DNA from: Dehalococcoidia bacterium
Lineage (GTDB): Bacteria; Chloroflexota; Dehalococcoidia; Lucifugimonadales; UBA3495
Direction of reading: 5' to 3'
NCBI GenBank assembly: GCA_963667675.1
Contig: OY763929.1
Coordinates: forward strand, 1,721,399 to 1,785,398
Length of the DNA stretch: 64,000 bases
The notes below the pieces were generated by a model. The model did not search any database and was not told the origin of the DNA. It worked only from the letters and a program-made list of their open reading frames with translations. The translations under genes and the position numbers were made by a program. Positions 23,349 to 33,280 of this stretch are shown here, piece by piece (the stretch's first letter is position 1; every line of letters starts with the position of its first letter).

Positions 23349-23660
23349 TCACAATTTAATAGAAATATCCACGCCTGCCGGCAGGTTCAGCCGCGTCAGT
23401 GAGTCTATCGTCTTCGACGTCGGTTCCAATATGTCTATCAACCGCTTGTGCGTCCGTATCTCGAAATGCTCCCGCGAGTCCTTGTCCACGTGGGGACTCC
23501 TGATTACGCAAAACCGCCGTATGTGTGTCGGCAGCGGCACCGGACCCGCTATCCTGGCCCCCGTGCGTTCAGCAGTCTCCACTATCTGGCCCGTCGACTG
23601 GTCCAGCATCTTGTGGTCGAATGCCTTTAGTATTATTCGCACTTTCTGGCTGCTTACCAT
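23349..23660 (-). CDS. rpsJ: 30S ribosomal protein S10
   Basis: [37 protein letters not shown]. Confidence 0.98.
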   Translation of the reverse strand: MVSSQKVRIILKAFDHKMLDQSTGQIVETAERTGARIAGPVPLPTHIRRFCVIRSPHVDKDSREHFEIRTHKRLIDILEPTSKTIDSLTRLNLPAGVDISIKL

Positions 23661-23687
23661 CCTCTGAAAACCCGGCCCTTCCTTCGG

Positions 23688-25775
23688 TTAAGCTACGTTG
23701 ACCAACGACTTCATCGCGCCCTCGGGTATCGGCGCGTAGTGCTTGAATTCCATGCTGAATGTCGCGCGTCCTTGGGTCGCCGACCGCAGCGCGCTGGTGT
23801 ACGAGAATGTCTCTCCCAGCGGCGCCAACGCCCGCACCACCTGGACTCCTTCGTGTCCCTCTATCGTCCGTATCTGGCTCCGCCGCGTCCCTAGGTCTGC
23901 CAGCACCTCGCTCAAAAACTCTCCCGGCGTGGTGACCTCCATGTCGACTATCGGCTCCAACAATACCGGCCCGCCCTTGGGAGCCCCCTCGCGGATCGCC
24001 AGCATTCCGGCGCTTCTGAAAGCCATCTCCGACGAGTCCACCGGATGGTAGCTCCCGTCCACCAAGCTCACCTTCAAGTCCACGATGTTATATCCCGCCA
24101 GCGGCCCGTTCTGCAGCGCGTCCCGCACTCCTTTCTCCACCGCCGGGAAATACTCCCTGGGAATCCGGCCGCCCTGCACCGAACTCTCGAACACAATACC
24201 GCTGCCTCTTTCCAACGGCTCCAATTCCAGCCACACGTGGCCAAACTGCCCGTGCCCGCCGGTCTGGCGTACGAACCGGCCCTCGATTCTCACTGGCTTG
24301 GTCAGCGCCTCCCGGTAGGACACTCTCGGCTGGCCCACGTTCGCTTCAACGTGAAACTCCCGCCGCATCCGGTCCACCAGCACGTCCAAGTGCAACTCGC
24401 CCATTCCCGAAATAACCGTCTGTCCCGTCTCGTCGTTGAACCGTATGACAAACGTCGGGTCTTCCTCCGCCAGTTTTCTAAGTGCCTCCGCGAGGCGGTC
24501 TTGGTCCAACCGGCTCATCGGCTCGATGGCCACCGACACCACGGGGTCGGGGAATTGCGGCGGCTCCAGCAACACCTGCTGCGACGTCCCGCAGATCGTG
24601 TCCCCCGTGAACGTGTTCTTCAGCCCCACCGTCGCGCAGATGTTCCCCGCTCCCAGTTCCTCTAGTTCTTCCCGGTGGTTCGCGTGCATCTGCAGCAGCC
24701 GGCCCATTCGCTCCCGGTTCCCCTTGGTCACGTTTAGCACCGAGGCCCCGGATTCCACTTTACCTGAATATATCCTCAAAAAGACCAACCGGCCCACGTA
24801 GGGGTCTGTCGCAACTTTGAAAGCCAGGGCTGAAAGCGGCCCCTCTTCGTCGGCGAAACGCAGCTCCGTATTCCCGCTCCGCGGCTCCACGCCCTCCACC
24901 GCCGGTATGTCCTTGGGCGATGGCAGGTAGTCCACTATTGCGTCCAGCAGAGGATGTACTCCCTTGCCCGACGGCGCGCTCCCGCACAGCACCGGCACCA
25001 CGTCTCCCGTTATCGTCGCCTGCCGCAACGCGTTCCGCAGCGACTCTTCCTCTATCTGCTCCCCTTCTAAGTACCGGATTAGCAGTCGTTCGTCCGTCTC
25101 CACGATCTTCTCGATCATCGTCTGCCGGTACTGCTCGAATGCCTCTTTGTACTCTTCCGGGACCTCCGACATCTGGGGTGCCCCGGCTGTTTTTCCGTTG
25201 CCGTTCCCGTTGACGTAAATCGCAGCATTCCCGGTCAGCAGGTCCGCCACTCCCTGGAATCCGGCCTCCGCTCCAATGGGAAGCTGCACCGCCACCGCAT
25301 TGCCCCCCAACCGCCTGCGGATAGACTCGAGGGCCCGCTCGTAGCTCGCGCCCACTCGGTCCATTTTGTTGACGAAGCAAATCCTCGGAACGTGGTACTT
25401 GTCCGCCTGCCTCCACACCGTCTCAGATTGCGACTGCACCCCGGCAACTGCGTCCAGCACCACCACGCCGCCGTCCAACACCCTCAGGCTGCGTTCGACT
25501 TCTGCTGTGAAGTCAACGTGCCCCGGCGTGTCTATGATGTTCACCCGGTGCTCGCGCCAGTACGCGCTGGTCGCCGCTGCGGTGATGGTGATTCCCCGCT
25601 CCCTCTCCTGCGGCATCCAGTCCATCGCCGTCGTGCCCTCGTCCACCCCGCCTGGACGGTGAATCCGCCCCGTGATGAACAACACCTGCTCCGTCACCGT
25701 CGTTTTGCCGGCGTCGATGTGTGCTATGAACCCGATATTCCTTATCGAGTCTATGGGATACTCTGTCTTCTTCAT
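23688..25775 (-). CDS. fusA: Elongation factor G
   Basis: AHIDAGKTT, ERERGITI, DTPGHVDF, NKMD, GMGELHL. Confidence 0.97.
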   Translation of the reverse strand: MKKTEYPIDSIRNIGFIAHIDAGKTTVTEQVLFITGRIHRPGGVDEGTTAMDWMPQERERGITITAAATSAYWREHRVNIIDTPGHVDFTAEVERSLRVLDGGVVVLDAVAGVQSQSETVWRQADKYHVPRICFVNKMDRVGASYERALESIRRRLGGNAVAVQLPIGAEAGFQGVADLLTGNAAIYVNGNGNGKTAGAPQMSEVPEEYKEAFEQYRQTMIEKIVETDERLLIRYLEGEQIEEESLRNALRQATITGDVVPVLCGSAPSGKGVHPLLDAIVDYLPSPKDIPAVEGVEPRSGNTELRFADEEGPLSALAFKVATDPYVGRLVFLRIYSGKVESGASVLNVTKGNRERMGRLLQMHANHREELEELGAGNICATVGLKNTFTGDTICGTSQQVLLEPPQFPDPVVSVAIEPMSRLDQDRLAEALRKLAEEDPTFVIRFNDETGQTVISGMGELHLDVLVDRMRREFHVEANVGQPRVSYREALTKPVRIEGRFVRQTGGHGQFGHVWLELEPLERGSGIVFESSVQGGRIPREYFPAVEKGVRDALQNGPLAGYNIVDLKVSLVDGSYHPVDSSEMAFRSAGMLAIREGAPKGGPVLLEPIVDMEVTTPGEFLSEVLADLGTRRSQIRTIEGHEGVQVVRALAPLGETFSYTSALRSATQGRATFSMEFKHYAPIPEGAMKSLVNVA

Positions 25776-25817
25776 ATCTAAGCCCCGCTGGATCCGGGGA
25801 CCCTCGTCCTCCGCCCG

Positions 25818-26288
25818 CTACCCTCTATAATGAACAAATGCCCGGTTGGCTTCGGCCATCCGGTGCAATTCTTCTCGTCTTCTTACTGCTGTTCCTTCGC
25901 CCCGAGCTGCCTCCAGCAACTCCTGGGCCAGGCCTGTACGCATCGGGACGCCCTTGCGTCCCCTAGCTCCTCTAATCAGCCACCTCATCGCCAGCGCTTC
26001 GCTCCGCACCCGCCGCAACTCCGTCGGCACCTGGTACGTAGCTCCGCCGACGCGCTTGGGCCTCACCTCCACCAGCGGCGTCGCGTTCCTCAGGGCCTGC
26101 TGGAACACCTCCAGCGGGTCCAGGTTCGACTGGTCCCGTATAGCGTTCAACGCATCGTAAGTAATGCGTTGGGCCGTCGTCTTTTTGCCCCGCTGCATTA
26201 TGCGGTTGATGAAACGGGCCAGTTCCTCGTTGTTGTACTTCGGGTCCGGCGCTACAACTCGCCGCTCGGCGCGCCTTCTTCTAGACAT
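25818..26288 (-). CDS. rpsG: 30S ribosomal protein S7
   Basis: MSRRRRA, GKKTTAQ, RVGGATYQVP, HRMAEANRAF. Confidence 0.97.
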   Translation of the reverse strand: MSRRRRAERRVVAPDPKYNNEELARFINRIMQRGKKTTAQRITYDALNAIRDQSNLDPLEVFQQALRNATPLVEVRPKRVGGATYQVPTELRRVRSEALAMRWLIRGARGRKGVPMRTGLAQELLEAARGEGTAVRRREELHRMAEANRAFVHYRG

Positions 26289-26423
26289 GACAATCCACCC
26301 CGTTCCGGCTTTCACCGGACGCCGTAACTCTGTCTTTGGCGCGCCTGTTCTCAGGCATAGCTACGCACCCCATCCTGGTTCGCAGTTAGAAATCATGGGG
26401 GATCGAGGCCGGTCTAATCCCGG

Positions 26424-26846
26424 TTAGACGGCGGAGCGCGGCCGGTCCGCGCCGTACTTGCTGCGGCCCTGCCGGCGGTCTTGAACCCCTTCACAGTCCA
26501 GGGCGCTTCGGATTACGTGGTACCTCACTCCCGGCAGGTCCTTTACCCTTCCTCCTCTCACCATCACCACCGAGTGTTCCTGCAGGTTGTGCCCCACGCC
26601 TCCGATATACGCTGTCACCTCGACCCCGTTGGTCAACCGCACCCGCGCTATCTTTCTAAGCGCCGAGTTAGGCTTCTTGGGGGTCATCGTGCGCACCTGG
26701 ATGCAGACGCCTCGCCTTTGGGGGCAGCCCGGCCCCCACTTTACCCGGTTGCGCAATGAGTTCTGCACCCAATGCAACGCAGGAGCCTTCGTCTTCTTAC
26801 GGACAGGCTGGCGTCCCTTCCTGATTAGCTGGTTGACCGTAGGCAT
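26424..26846 (-). CDS. rpsL: 30S ribosomal protein S12
   Basis: [31 protein letters not shown]. Confidence 0.98.
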   Translation of the reverse strand: MPTVNQLIRKGRQPVRKKTKAPALHWVQNSLRNRVKWGPGCPQRRGVCIQVRTMTPKKPNSALRKIARVRLTNGVEVTAYIGGVGHNLQEHSVVMVRGGRVKDLPGVRYHVIRSALDCEGVQDRRQGRSKYGADRPRSAV

Positions 26847-26884
26847 GAAAAATCCCCGCTGTCCTATTTGAACAGCAACTAGGT

Positions 26885-26913
26885 ACTTTACCAACCATAA
26901 TCTAAGATGTCAA
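26885..26913 (-). promoter_or_regulatory. Sigma70-type promoter of the str/S10/spc superoperon
   Basis: Minus strand TTGACA, 17-nt spacer, TAAAGT with TGn extension, ~40 nt upstream of the rpsL ATG. Confidence 0.75.
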
Positions 26914-26991
26914 CCTAACCTTATTCTCTCAGGACTTATGGTACAGGCGAACCCAAAACTCGTTTCCAAATTATCTGCCGCAGAATCCCCG

Positions 26992-27000
26992 TGTTATAAT
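26992..27000 (+). promoter_or_regulatory. Extended -10 element for the divergent lipoprotein gene
   Basis: TGTTATAAT (TGn-TATAAT) 32 nt before the GTG start. Confidence 0.55.
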
Positions 27001-27032
27001 CCGCCCCAGTTTACTGCCGGAGGATATTCAAC

Positions 27033-27497
27033 GTGTCTAAGTCGCAGCAGTTTATGCTAGTTATCGTCGGGGCGATAGTCTTATGCGCCATGGCGTTCAG
27101 CGCCTGTGGCAGCGATCCAACGCCAACAGCAACCCCGGCGCCTACACCGACTCCAACATCGACGCCGGATCCAACGCCCACACCCACTCCGACGCCGACA
27201 CCAACACCAACTCCCACGGCAACGCCGGAGCCAACCCCGACGCCGGAGCCGACGCCAGTCCCTACGATGGACGAGGTCCAGCCCCCTCCGCAAGAGATAA
27301 TTGACGCCCTTCATGAAACCCTTGGCGGCGCCACCCTGGCTGACCTGGCATCATTGGCCGGACAGGGGGACCCGCAAACCATCGGCGCCTTGTGCGATAT
27401 CGCTAACGGTAAGCACGAGCCCGACCTGGTGCTGGAGGACTTTAACGATGACGCCAGCGTGCTGTCGGGCATCCGGGGATTCTGCGCCGGCCAATAA
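27033..27497 (+). CDS. Hypothetical lipoprotein with Pro/Thr-rich linker
   Basis: Hydrophobic signal with lipobox-like FSAC, (PT)n linker, small C-terminal domain with two Cys. Confidence 0.75.
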   Translation: MSKSQQFMLVIVGAIVLCAMAFSACGSDPTPTATPAPTPTPTSTPDPTPTPTPTPTPTPTPTATPEPTPTPEPTPVPTMDEVQPPPQEIIDALHETLGGATLADLASLAGQGDPQTIGALCDIANGKHEPDLVLEDFNDDASVLSGIRGFCAGQ

Positions 27498-27566
27498 AAG
27501 CGATTAGTTCGCCCTGTCCACCGACTCCGGCCATCCTCGCCGCCCCCGTAGCCAGCCTCGGATGCA

Positions 27567-27620
27567 ACCCAGTCCGCCTTGGACACCCAGTCCGGCTTGG
27601 ACACCCCAGTCCGCCTTGAA
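27567..27620. repeat. 18-bp tandem repeat, 3 copies
   Basis: ACCCAGTCCG(C/G)CTTGGAC units without unique spacers. Confidence 0.8.
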
Positions 27621-27624
27621 TATC

Positions 27625-27666
27625 CCCTCCGTTCGCCCTGAGGGAAATCGAAGGGCGAACGGAGGG
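27625..27666. repeat. REP-like palindrome, family C
   Basis: CCCTCCGTTCGCCCT-GAGGGAAATCGA-AGGGCGAACGGAGGG; related copies at 42604, 47734, 50587/51720, 51936, 54591, 55882, 56950. Confidence 0.9.
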
Positions 27667-27799
27667 TGGGCCGGGCTGCGCTCGTCTTGAGCGCGTCGAG
27701 GGAACCAAACTGAAAGGATCCAAGCTCGCGGACGCCCTGGCATCCTCCGAGCTAATAGCATACAATCAAGGCACATCAACCGCACACCGGAGGCAGCCC

Positions 27800-28225
27800 A
27801 TGGACATCGCTCTGGACATCCTCAGGGAACTGGCCCAGGACGACAAGATGCTATGGGTGGCTGGCTCCGGCCCCGTCGTCAGCGAGAACGACTCCAAGGG
27901 TATCCAAGAACCTGAAGTCCACGGCAGCAACGTCACCATTGAAGCCTACAACTGGCACTGCCACCTTGACCTCGACGTCGTAACCGGCATCCAGTTCGTT
28001 GAAGCCGTCGCCCACGGCGACCTCCTCTCTTACTACATCCGGTTCTCCGGCGCCCAGGAAGAGACCCTGCTGCGCTCCTACTTCCCAAACCCGTACTTGG
28101 ACGACAATTTCAACCGCACCGAGCTACAGCCGGAAAAGCTGCAAGCCTTTGAGGACTTCCGGGACCGCTACGTCGGGCACGACGGCGTCGTCTTTGTCAA
28201 CCTTTCTGCCCAGACCTCCGCCTGA
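27800..28225 (+). CDS. Hypothetical protein resembling ChuX/HutX heme-carrier family
   Basis: GGAGG RBS; pattern HL.L..V..I.FVE....G...Y.I.F...EE.LL..YF..ELQPEKLQAF recalls HutX/ChuX (by eye only). Confidence 0.5.
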   Translation: MDIALDILRELAQDDKMLWVAGSGPVVSENDSKGIQEPEVHGSNVTIEAYNWHCHLDLDVVTGIQFVEAVAHGDLLSYYIRFSGAQEETLLRSYFPNPYLDDNFNRTELQPEKLQAFEDFRDRYVGHDGVVFVNLSAQTSA

Positions 28226-28246
28226 TTTTACCCCCGCTGGCTTTTC

Positions 28247-28275
28247 TTGAACTTTTCTCCAAGACCCGCTAATAT
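28247..28275 (+). promoter_or_regulatory. Sigma70-type promoter upstream of the cobalamin riboswitch
   Basis: TTGAAC, 17-nt spacer, TAATAT. Confidence 0.6.
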
Positions 28276-28292
28276 ATCCCCGTTAACAACCA

Positions 28293-28509
28293 AATACGGC
28301 CTGGAGGTGGCCCCGGAATTCCGGGGCTGAAAAGGGAAGCCGGTGTGAGTCCGGCGCGGTCCCGCCACTGTGATTGGTTAGCTGCCCCAGACCGCTTCTA
28401 GCGGAGCCACTGGTCCGAACAACCGGACTGGGAAGGCTGGGTGTCGGTTGTAGCCATAAGCCAGGAGACCTGCCTCTCGGTTGGCTTGATACACTTCGCG
28501 GAGGGAGGT
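28293..28509 (+). promoter_or_regulatory. Cobalamin riboswitch
   Basis: AAAAGGGAAGCCGGTGTGAGTCCGGCGCGGTCCCGCCACTGT, GCCACTG..CTGGGAAGGC, B12 box AGCCAGGAGACCTGCC; precedes a BtuF-like gene. Confidence 0.95.
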
Positions 28510-29733
28510 ATGAGTCGCATGATTCCTATTGCCTGGCCCCTCGGCCGGGTATTTTTTTTGCCCGGCCCCAACAACAGACCCCATGTCCAAAACCCAACCC
28601 CATCCCCATCAAACAAGTCTGATGGAATTCGCCGCGTACTGACGCCGTTCGTCATCCTCTCGGCGATGCTCCTCGCCTCGCTGCTTCTGGCCTGCGGTAA
28701 CGGCGATGCCCCAACGGCTCCACCGACGGCAACACCCGAACCGACTGGCCTGACCACTCCCACGACTACCCCTGATCCCACAGCCCCTCCGGCGACCACC
28801 ATTGCCCCGGCGCCCACGGTCGCGCCGACACCCGCGCCGGAATCTACCCCGGTTCCCGATCCTACCGCTGCCCCGGCGCCCACGGCCACCACCGAGCCGA
28901 CTCCCACACCCACTCCTGAACCTACTCCCACCCCGGTCCCCCTGTTTCCTCTTACCATCGAGTCCACCGACGGCGCGGAAGTAACCTTCGATGCCCCTCC
29001 AGAGCGGATAGTGGCTTACGACGGTGCCGCCGTGGAAATCCTGTTCGCCATCGGTGAAGGTCACCGCATAGTAGGGACCCACGACTTTGTAACCTACCCT
29101 CCCGAGGCCGACTCCATACCCAGGCTCGGCAGCGCCTTCGAAGTAGACCTCGAAGCCATGGTCGAACTGGAACCTGACCTGGTCTTCATTTTCTACGACC
29201 GGTTCAACGAAGACTTTGAGCGCGCCGGATTGAAGGTGTTGTATCGGCAGAGTGTTTCCGACGACTTTGCCAGGATCCCCGACGTCATCAACATGTGGGG
29301 CCAAATCACCGGCAACCCCGCCGCCGCCGAGAAAGTGTCATCCGTGTTCCGGGAAAGGGTCGACGCCATCGCAGCGGCCCTGGAGGACGTGGAGGCCGGC
29401 CCCTCGGTCTTCCAGGATGCCGGCAACCTCTGGACCCCCGGCCAAAACACCCTGATGCAGGCCGTGTTCGACCTCCTGAAGCTGGAAAACGTCGCATCCG
29501 ACATCGACGGCTATCAGCAGATTAGCCCGGAGGTCATCGTGGAGAAGGACCCGGGGATCATCATCGGCGACCCAGAGGCATTTACCGGCGAGCCGGCCTT
29601 CAGCCAGGTCAGGGCAGTCCAGGACGGCCGTATCTTCACCTCCAGCACCAACGCCCTCAGCATTGCCGGGCCCCGGTTCATGGACGGGGTCGAAGAACTC
29701 GCCCAATGGGTCTACCCTGACATATTCCAGTAA
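28510..29733 (+). CDS. Cobalamin/Fe-siderophore ABC transporter substrate-binding lipoprotein (BtuF-like); start uncertain
   Basis: Lipobox LLAC, PT linker, PERIV..EILFAIG, LEAMVELEPDLV, ISPEVIVEKDP, GPRFMDGVEELA; in-frame ATG 28510 after GGAGGGAGG. Confidence 0.85.
   Translation: MSRMIPIAWPLGRVFFLPGPNNRPHVQNPTPSPSNKSDGIRRVLTPFVILSAMLLASLLLACGNGDAPTAPPTATPEPTGLTTPTTTPDPTAPPATTIAPAPTVAPTPAPESTPVPDPTAAPAPTATTEPTPTPTPEPTPTPVPLFPLTIESTDGAEVTFDAPPERIVAYDGAAVEILFAIGEGHRIVGTHDFVTYPPEADSIPRLGSAFEVDLEAMVELEPDLVFIFYDRFNEDFERAGLKVLYRQSVSDDFARIPDVINMWGQITGNPAAAEKVSSVFRERVDAIAAALEDVEAGPSVFQDAGNLWTPGQNTLMQAVFDLLKLENVASDIDGYQQISPEVIVEKDPGIIIGDPEAFTGEPAFSQVRAVQDGRIFTSSTNALSIAGPRFMDGVEELAQWVYPDIFQ
28531..28559 (+). 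terminator. Intrinsic terminator-like hairpin downstream of the riboswitch
   Basis: GCCTGGCC-CCTC-GGCCGGGT followed by A and T8. Confidence 0.6.
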
Positions 29734-29794
29734 TGGCTTCTCCCGGTATCTTTAGTCAGTGTCTTTAATACGGGCATAGCAAGAACGGGTTGAC

Positions 29795-30898
29795 ATGGCG
29801 GAACACGCTGGCAAGAAACCATCCGACATCGGGCCCATCGATCTCGGCAGGATAACCGCCGGGCTGGTCGGCCTCCGCTACCCCTGGTGGAGGCTGGCCG
29901 TCGGCGGGCTCCTCTTCTTCATCGCCGCCGTATTTGCCGCCAGCCTGGGCTCCGTAGACATCCCATTCCAGTCGGTCGTCTTGGTCTTCCTGTCCCGGCT
30001 GCCCGGCGTCGACGCTCCCGGCGACGCTCCCGCCACCTGGGACACCATCCTTTGGCAGCTCCGCTTCCCCAGGGTCGCCCTGGCGGCCATCGTCGGAGGC
30101 GCCCTGGCCATGTCCGGCGCCGCCTACCAGGGACTGTTCAAAAACCCCTTGGCCGACCCCTACCTGGTTGGAGTCGCCTCCGGCGCTGGACTCGGCGCAA
30201 CCATCGTCCTCTTGACCGGGGTGCCCCTGGTTATCTGGGGATTCAACTTCCTCCCCGTCGCCGCCTTCGCCGGAGGCATCGCCGCGGTGACCCTGGCCTA
30301 TGTCATCGCCCGCAATGCTCAGGGCGCACATCTGACCACCTTGATTCTGGCTGGCGTCGCCATCGCCTCCCTGGCCGGTGCCGTCACCAGCCTGCTCATG
30401 CTGCGGTCCGACCCCGAGCTGCGCCCCGTCCTTAGCTGGCTCCTGGGCAGCTTCATCTCCGCCGAGTGGAGTGAAAGCGCCGTGGTGCTCCTCTACCTAG
30501 TGCCGTGCCTTGCCGTGCTGTTGGGGTTCGCCCGGATTCTCAACGTCCTCCAACTCAGCGAAGACCACGCTTCCATGCTGGGCGTCGATGTGGAGAAGGT
30601 GAAGTTATTACTGATCGCTGCAGCAACCCTGGCCACCGCCGCTGCCGTGGCCTTCGCCGGCCTCATCGGATTCGTGGGCCTTATCGCCCCCCACGCCGTC
30701 CGGTTGCTCTGGGGCACCGACTACCGCTTCATCCTGCCCATGTCCGCCATCGTCGGCGCCACCTTCCTCGTCTTGGCCGACCTGGCCGCCCGGACCCTGG
30801 TAAGTCCCGGAGAACTCCCCGTAGGCGTGGTAACCGCCTTCTGCGGCGCGCCTTTCTTCCTTTATCTGTTGCGCCGCCGCCGGGCCGGGGTGGTCTAG
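29795..30898 (+). CDS. FecCD/BtuC-family ABC transporter permease
   Basis: LRFPRV, QGLFKNPLADPYLVGVASGA, GLIGFVGLIAPH, ELPVGVVTA..GAPFF. Confidence 0.93.
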   Translation: MAEHAGKKPSDIGPIDLGRITAGLVGLRYPWWRLAVGGLLFFIAAVFAASLGSVDIPFQSVVLVFLSRLPGVDAPGDAPATWDTILWQLRFPRVALAAIVGGALAMSGAAYQGLFKNPLADPYLVGVASGAGLGATIVLLTGVPLVIWGFNFLPVAAFAGGIAAVTLAYVIARNAQGAHLTTLILAGVAIASLAGAVTSLLMLRSDPELRPVLSWLLGSFISAEWSESAVVLLYLVPCLAVLLGFARILNVLQLSEDHASMLGVDVEKVKLLLIAAATLATAAAVAFAGLIGFVGLIAPHAVRLLWGTDYRFILPMSAIVGATFLVLADLAARTLVSPGELPVGVVTAFCGAPFFLYLLRRRRAGVV

Positions 30899-30899
30899 T

Positions 30900-31733
30900 A
30901 TGCCCAGTCTACATCCCAACGGAAATACGCCCGTTGCCCGGCCGACGTCCCTCAACAGTCTCCACCCGGCCGTCGGCGTCTCCGGCGTTAGCTGGTCCTA
31001 CGGAGATCGGCAGGTGCTCTCCGGGCTGGACTTCGCCGTGCAGCCGGGCACCCTCACCGCCTTGGCCGGGCCCAACGGCGTCGGCAAGTCCACCTTGTTC
31101 CGTCTCATAGCTGGAGTCTTGCGACCGCCGTCCGGGAGCATCCAAGTAGCCGGAACGGACGTGGCCTCCCTCTCCCATCGAGACCGGTCCCGGCTGGTCG
31201 CCGTCGTTCCTCAGGACCCGGACCTTCCCCGGGGTTCATCTGCGCTGGAAGTCGTGCTCATGGGACGCAACCCGCACCTCGGTTTCCTTTCATGGGAGGG
31301 CCCGGACGACGTGAAGTCCGCCCTCGACGCCATGCAGCGCACCGAGTCTCGGCAGTTCGCCGACCGGCCCGTTCACCAGCTATCCGGCGGAGAACGCCAA
31401 AGGGTCGCCATCGCCATGGCCCTGGCCCAGGACACCCCGGTATTGCTGCTGGACGAACCCACGGCCAATCTGGACCTGGCCTATCAGCCGGCCATCATGA
31501 AGCTCTTGCGCGGCCTGGCTGCCTCAGGTCAGACCGTGATTACCGCAATCCACGACCTGACCCTGGCCGCCCAGTTCTGCGACTCAATGGCTCTCATGTG
31601 GGGCGGCCGGGTCCAAGCTGTCGGCCATCCCGATAGCGTCCTCACTCCCGAGAACATCAAGACGGCCTACGGCGCCGACGTCACCGTGATAAAAAACCCC
31701 CGCACCGGCCGCCCCGTCGTCCTCAGCTCCTAA
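30900..31733 (+). CDS. BtuD/FecE-like ABC transporter ATP-binding protein
   Basis: GPNGVGKST, LSGGERQR, LLLDEPT, HDL. Confidence 0.94.
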   Translation: MPSLHPNGNTPVARPTSLNSLHPAVGVSGVSWSYGDRQVLSGLDFAVQPGTLTALAGPNGVGKSTLFRLIAGVLRPPSGSIQVAGTDVASLSHRDRSRLVAVVPQDPDLPRGSSALEVVLMGRNPHLGFLSWEGPDDVKSALDAMQRTESRQFADRPVHQLSGGERQRVAIAMALAQDTPVLLLDEPTANLDLAYQPAIMKLLRGLAASGQTVITAIHDLTLAAQFCDSMALMWGGRVQAVGHPDSVLTPENIKTAYGADVTVIKNPRTGRPVVLSS

Positions 31734-31893
31734 CCAAAAGACTTGCTCGCGCACTCAACCCCTCACTCCAGCCCCACTATCACATCCCTGAGCCCCCTCC
31801 GTGATAAACTAGCCCGCAATCCCCTCCCCGTTCTACCACCGATTCGTGTAGAATTGTCCCACCAAGACTCCAACCCTTAACCGGAGCAAACAA

Positions 31894-33222
31894 GTGCCGC
31901 GGTCCCTCCTCTATGCCGACATGGACAAAGTCCTATCCCTGTCCAAGCGGCGCGGTTTCGTCTTCCAGAGCAGCGAGGTCTACGGCGGCCTCGCCTCCAC
32001 TTGGGACTATGGACCCTTGGGCGTCGAGCTTAAACGCAACGTCAAAGAGGCTTGGTGGCGCTCCGTGGTCCGCCAGCGCGACGATGTCGTCGGCTTGGAC
32101 GCCGCCGTCCTCATGCACCCCCAGGCCTGGGTCGCCAGCGGCCACGTCGAGAACTTCACCGACCCCCTCGTCGAATGCCGCGACTGCCACCTCCGCTTCC
32201 GCCCCGACCACCTCGAGTCCGACCGGTGTCCCGAGTGCGGCGGCGAGTTCACCGACCCCCGCCGCTTCAACCTCATGTTCAAGACCTTCATGGGCCCCGT
32301 CGAAGACACCGCCAGCCAGGTATACCTGCGCCCCGAGACCGCCCAGGGCATCTTCGTAAACTTCCCCAACGTCCTCAACTCCACCCGCAAGAAGCTCCCC
32401 TTTGGCATTGCCCAGATTGGCAAGGCCTTTCGCAACGAAATCACACCTGGCAACTTCACCTTCCGCACTCGCGAATTCGAGCAGATGGAAATCGAGTTCT
32501 TCGTCAAGCCCGGCACCGACGACCACTGGCTCCAGCAGTGGATTGACGACCGCTTTGCTTGGTACGTCTCCTACGGCATCCGCCCCGAAAACCTCCGCTT
32601 GCGCCAGCACGGTTCCGACGAACTGGCCCACTACGCCAAGGACTGCTACGACATCGAATACCGCTTCCCCTGGGGCTGGGCCGAACTCGAGGGCATCGCC
32701 AACCGTACTGATTTCGACCTCAAGCAGCACTCCCAGTCCAGCGGCCAGGACATGACCTTTTTCGACGACTCCGCCGAAAAAGACGCCCAACGCTACTTCC
32801 CCTACGTCATCGAGCCCTCAGGGGGTGTCGACCGAGCCACCCTCGCCTTCTGGGTCGACTCCTACGACGAAGAACCCGACGGCGACGCCGTCCGCACCGT
32901 CCTCCACCTCCACCGCCGGCTGGCCCCCGTCACCGTCGCCGTCCTGCCCCTCAGCCGCAACACGCGCTTGGTCCCCACTGCCCGAAACGTCTACGATCAA
33001 CTCCGAGGCAGCTTCAACACCCAGTACGACGATGCCCAGAGCATCGGCCGCCGCTACCGCCGCCAGGATGAAATTGGCACCCCCTACTGTGTCACCGTCG
33101 ATTTTGAAACTTTAGAAGACCGGGCCGTCACCATCCGCGACCGCGACTCCATGCACCAGAGCCGCATTCCTTTGGAACGCCTGGTTTCCGTCCTTCAGGA
33201 CAAGTTCGAGCACGGCTGGTGA
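31894..33222 (+). CDS. glyQS: Glycine--tRNA ligase (alpha2 type)
   Basis: [69 protein letters not shown]. Confidence 0.97.
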   Translation: MPRSLLYADMDKVLSLSKRRGFVFQSSEVYGGLASTWDYGPLGVELKRNVKEAWWRSVVRQRDDVVGLDAAVLMHPQAWVASGHVENFTDPLVECRDCHLRFRPDHLESDRCPECGGEFTDPRRFNLMFKTFMGPVEDTASQVYLRPETAQGIFVNFPNVLNSTRKKLPFGIAQIGKAFRNEITPGNFTFRTREFEQMEIEFFVKPGTDDHWLQQWIDDRFAWYVSYGIRPENLRLRQHGSDELAHYAKDCYDIEYRFPWGWAELEGIANRTDFDLKQHSQSSGQDMTFFDDSAEKDAQRYFPYVIEPSGGVDRATLAFWVDSYDEEPDGDAVRTVLHLHRRLAPVTVAVLPLSRNTRLVPTARNVYDQLRGSFNTQYDDAQSIGRRYRRQDEIGTPYCVTVDFETLEDRAVTIRDRDSMHQSRIPLERLVSVLQDKFEHGW

Positions 33223-33280
33223 TTCGCCCATAAGCGATTCCCCGCCCGGTTAGCACGAATCTATCCCCTAAGGTGAGCAC

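Noticed and set aside
27567-27620. Possible mini CRISPR array
   Set aside because: 18-bp head-to-tail repeats without unique spacers; no cas genes in the window
31734-31893. T-box leader before glyQS
   Set aside because: No T-box consensus or terminator, and the region is short
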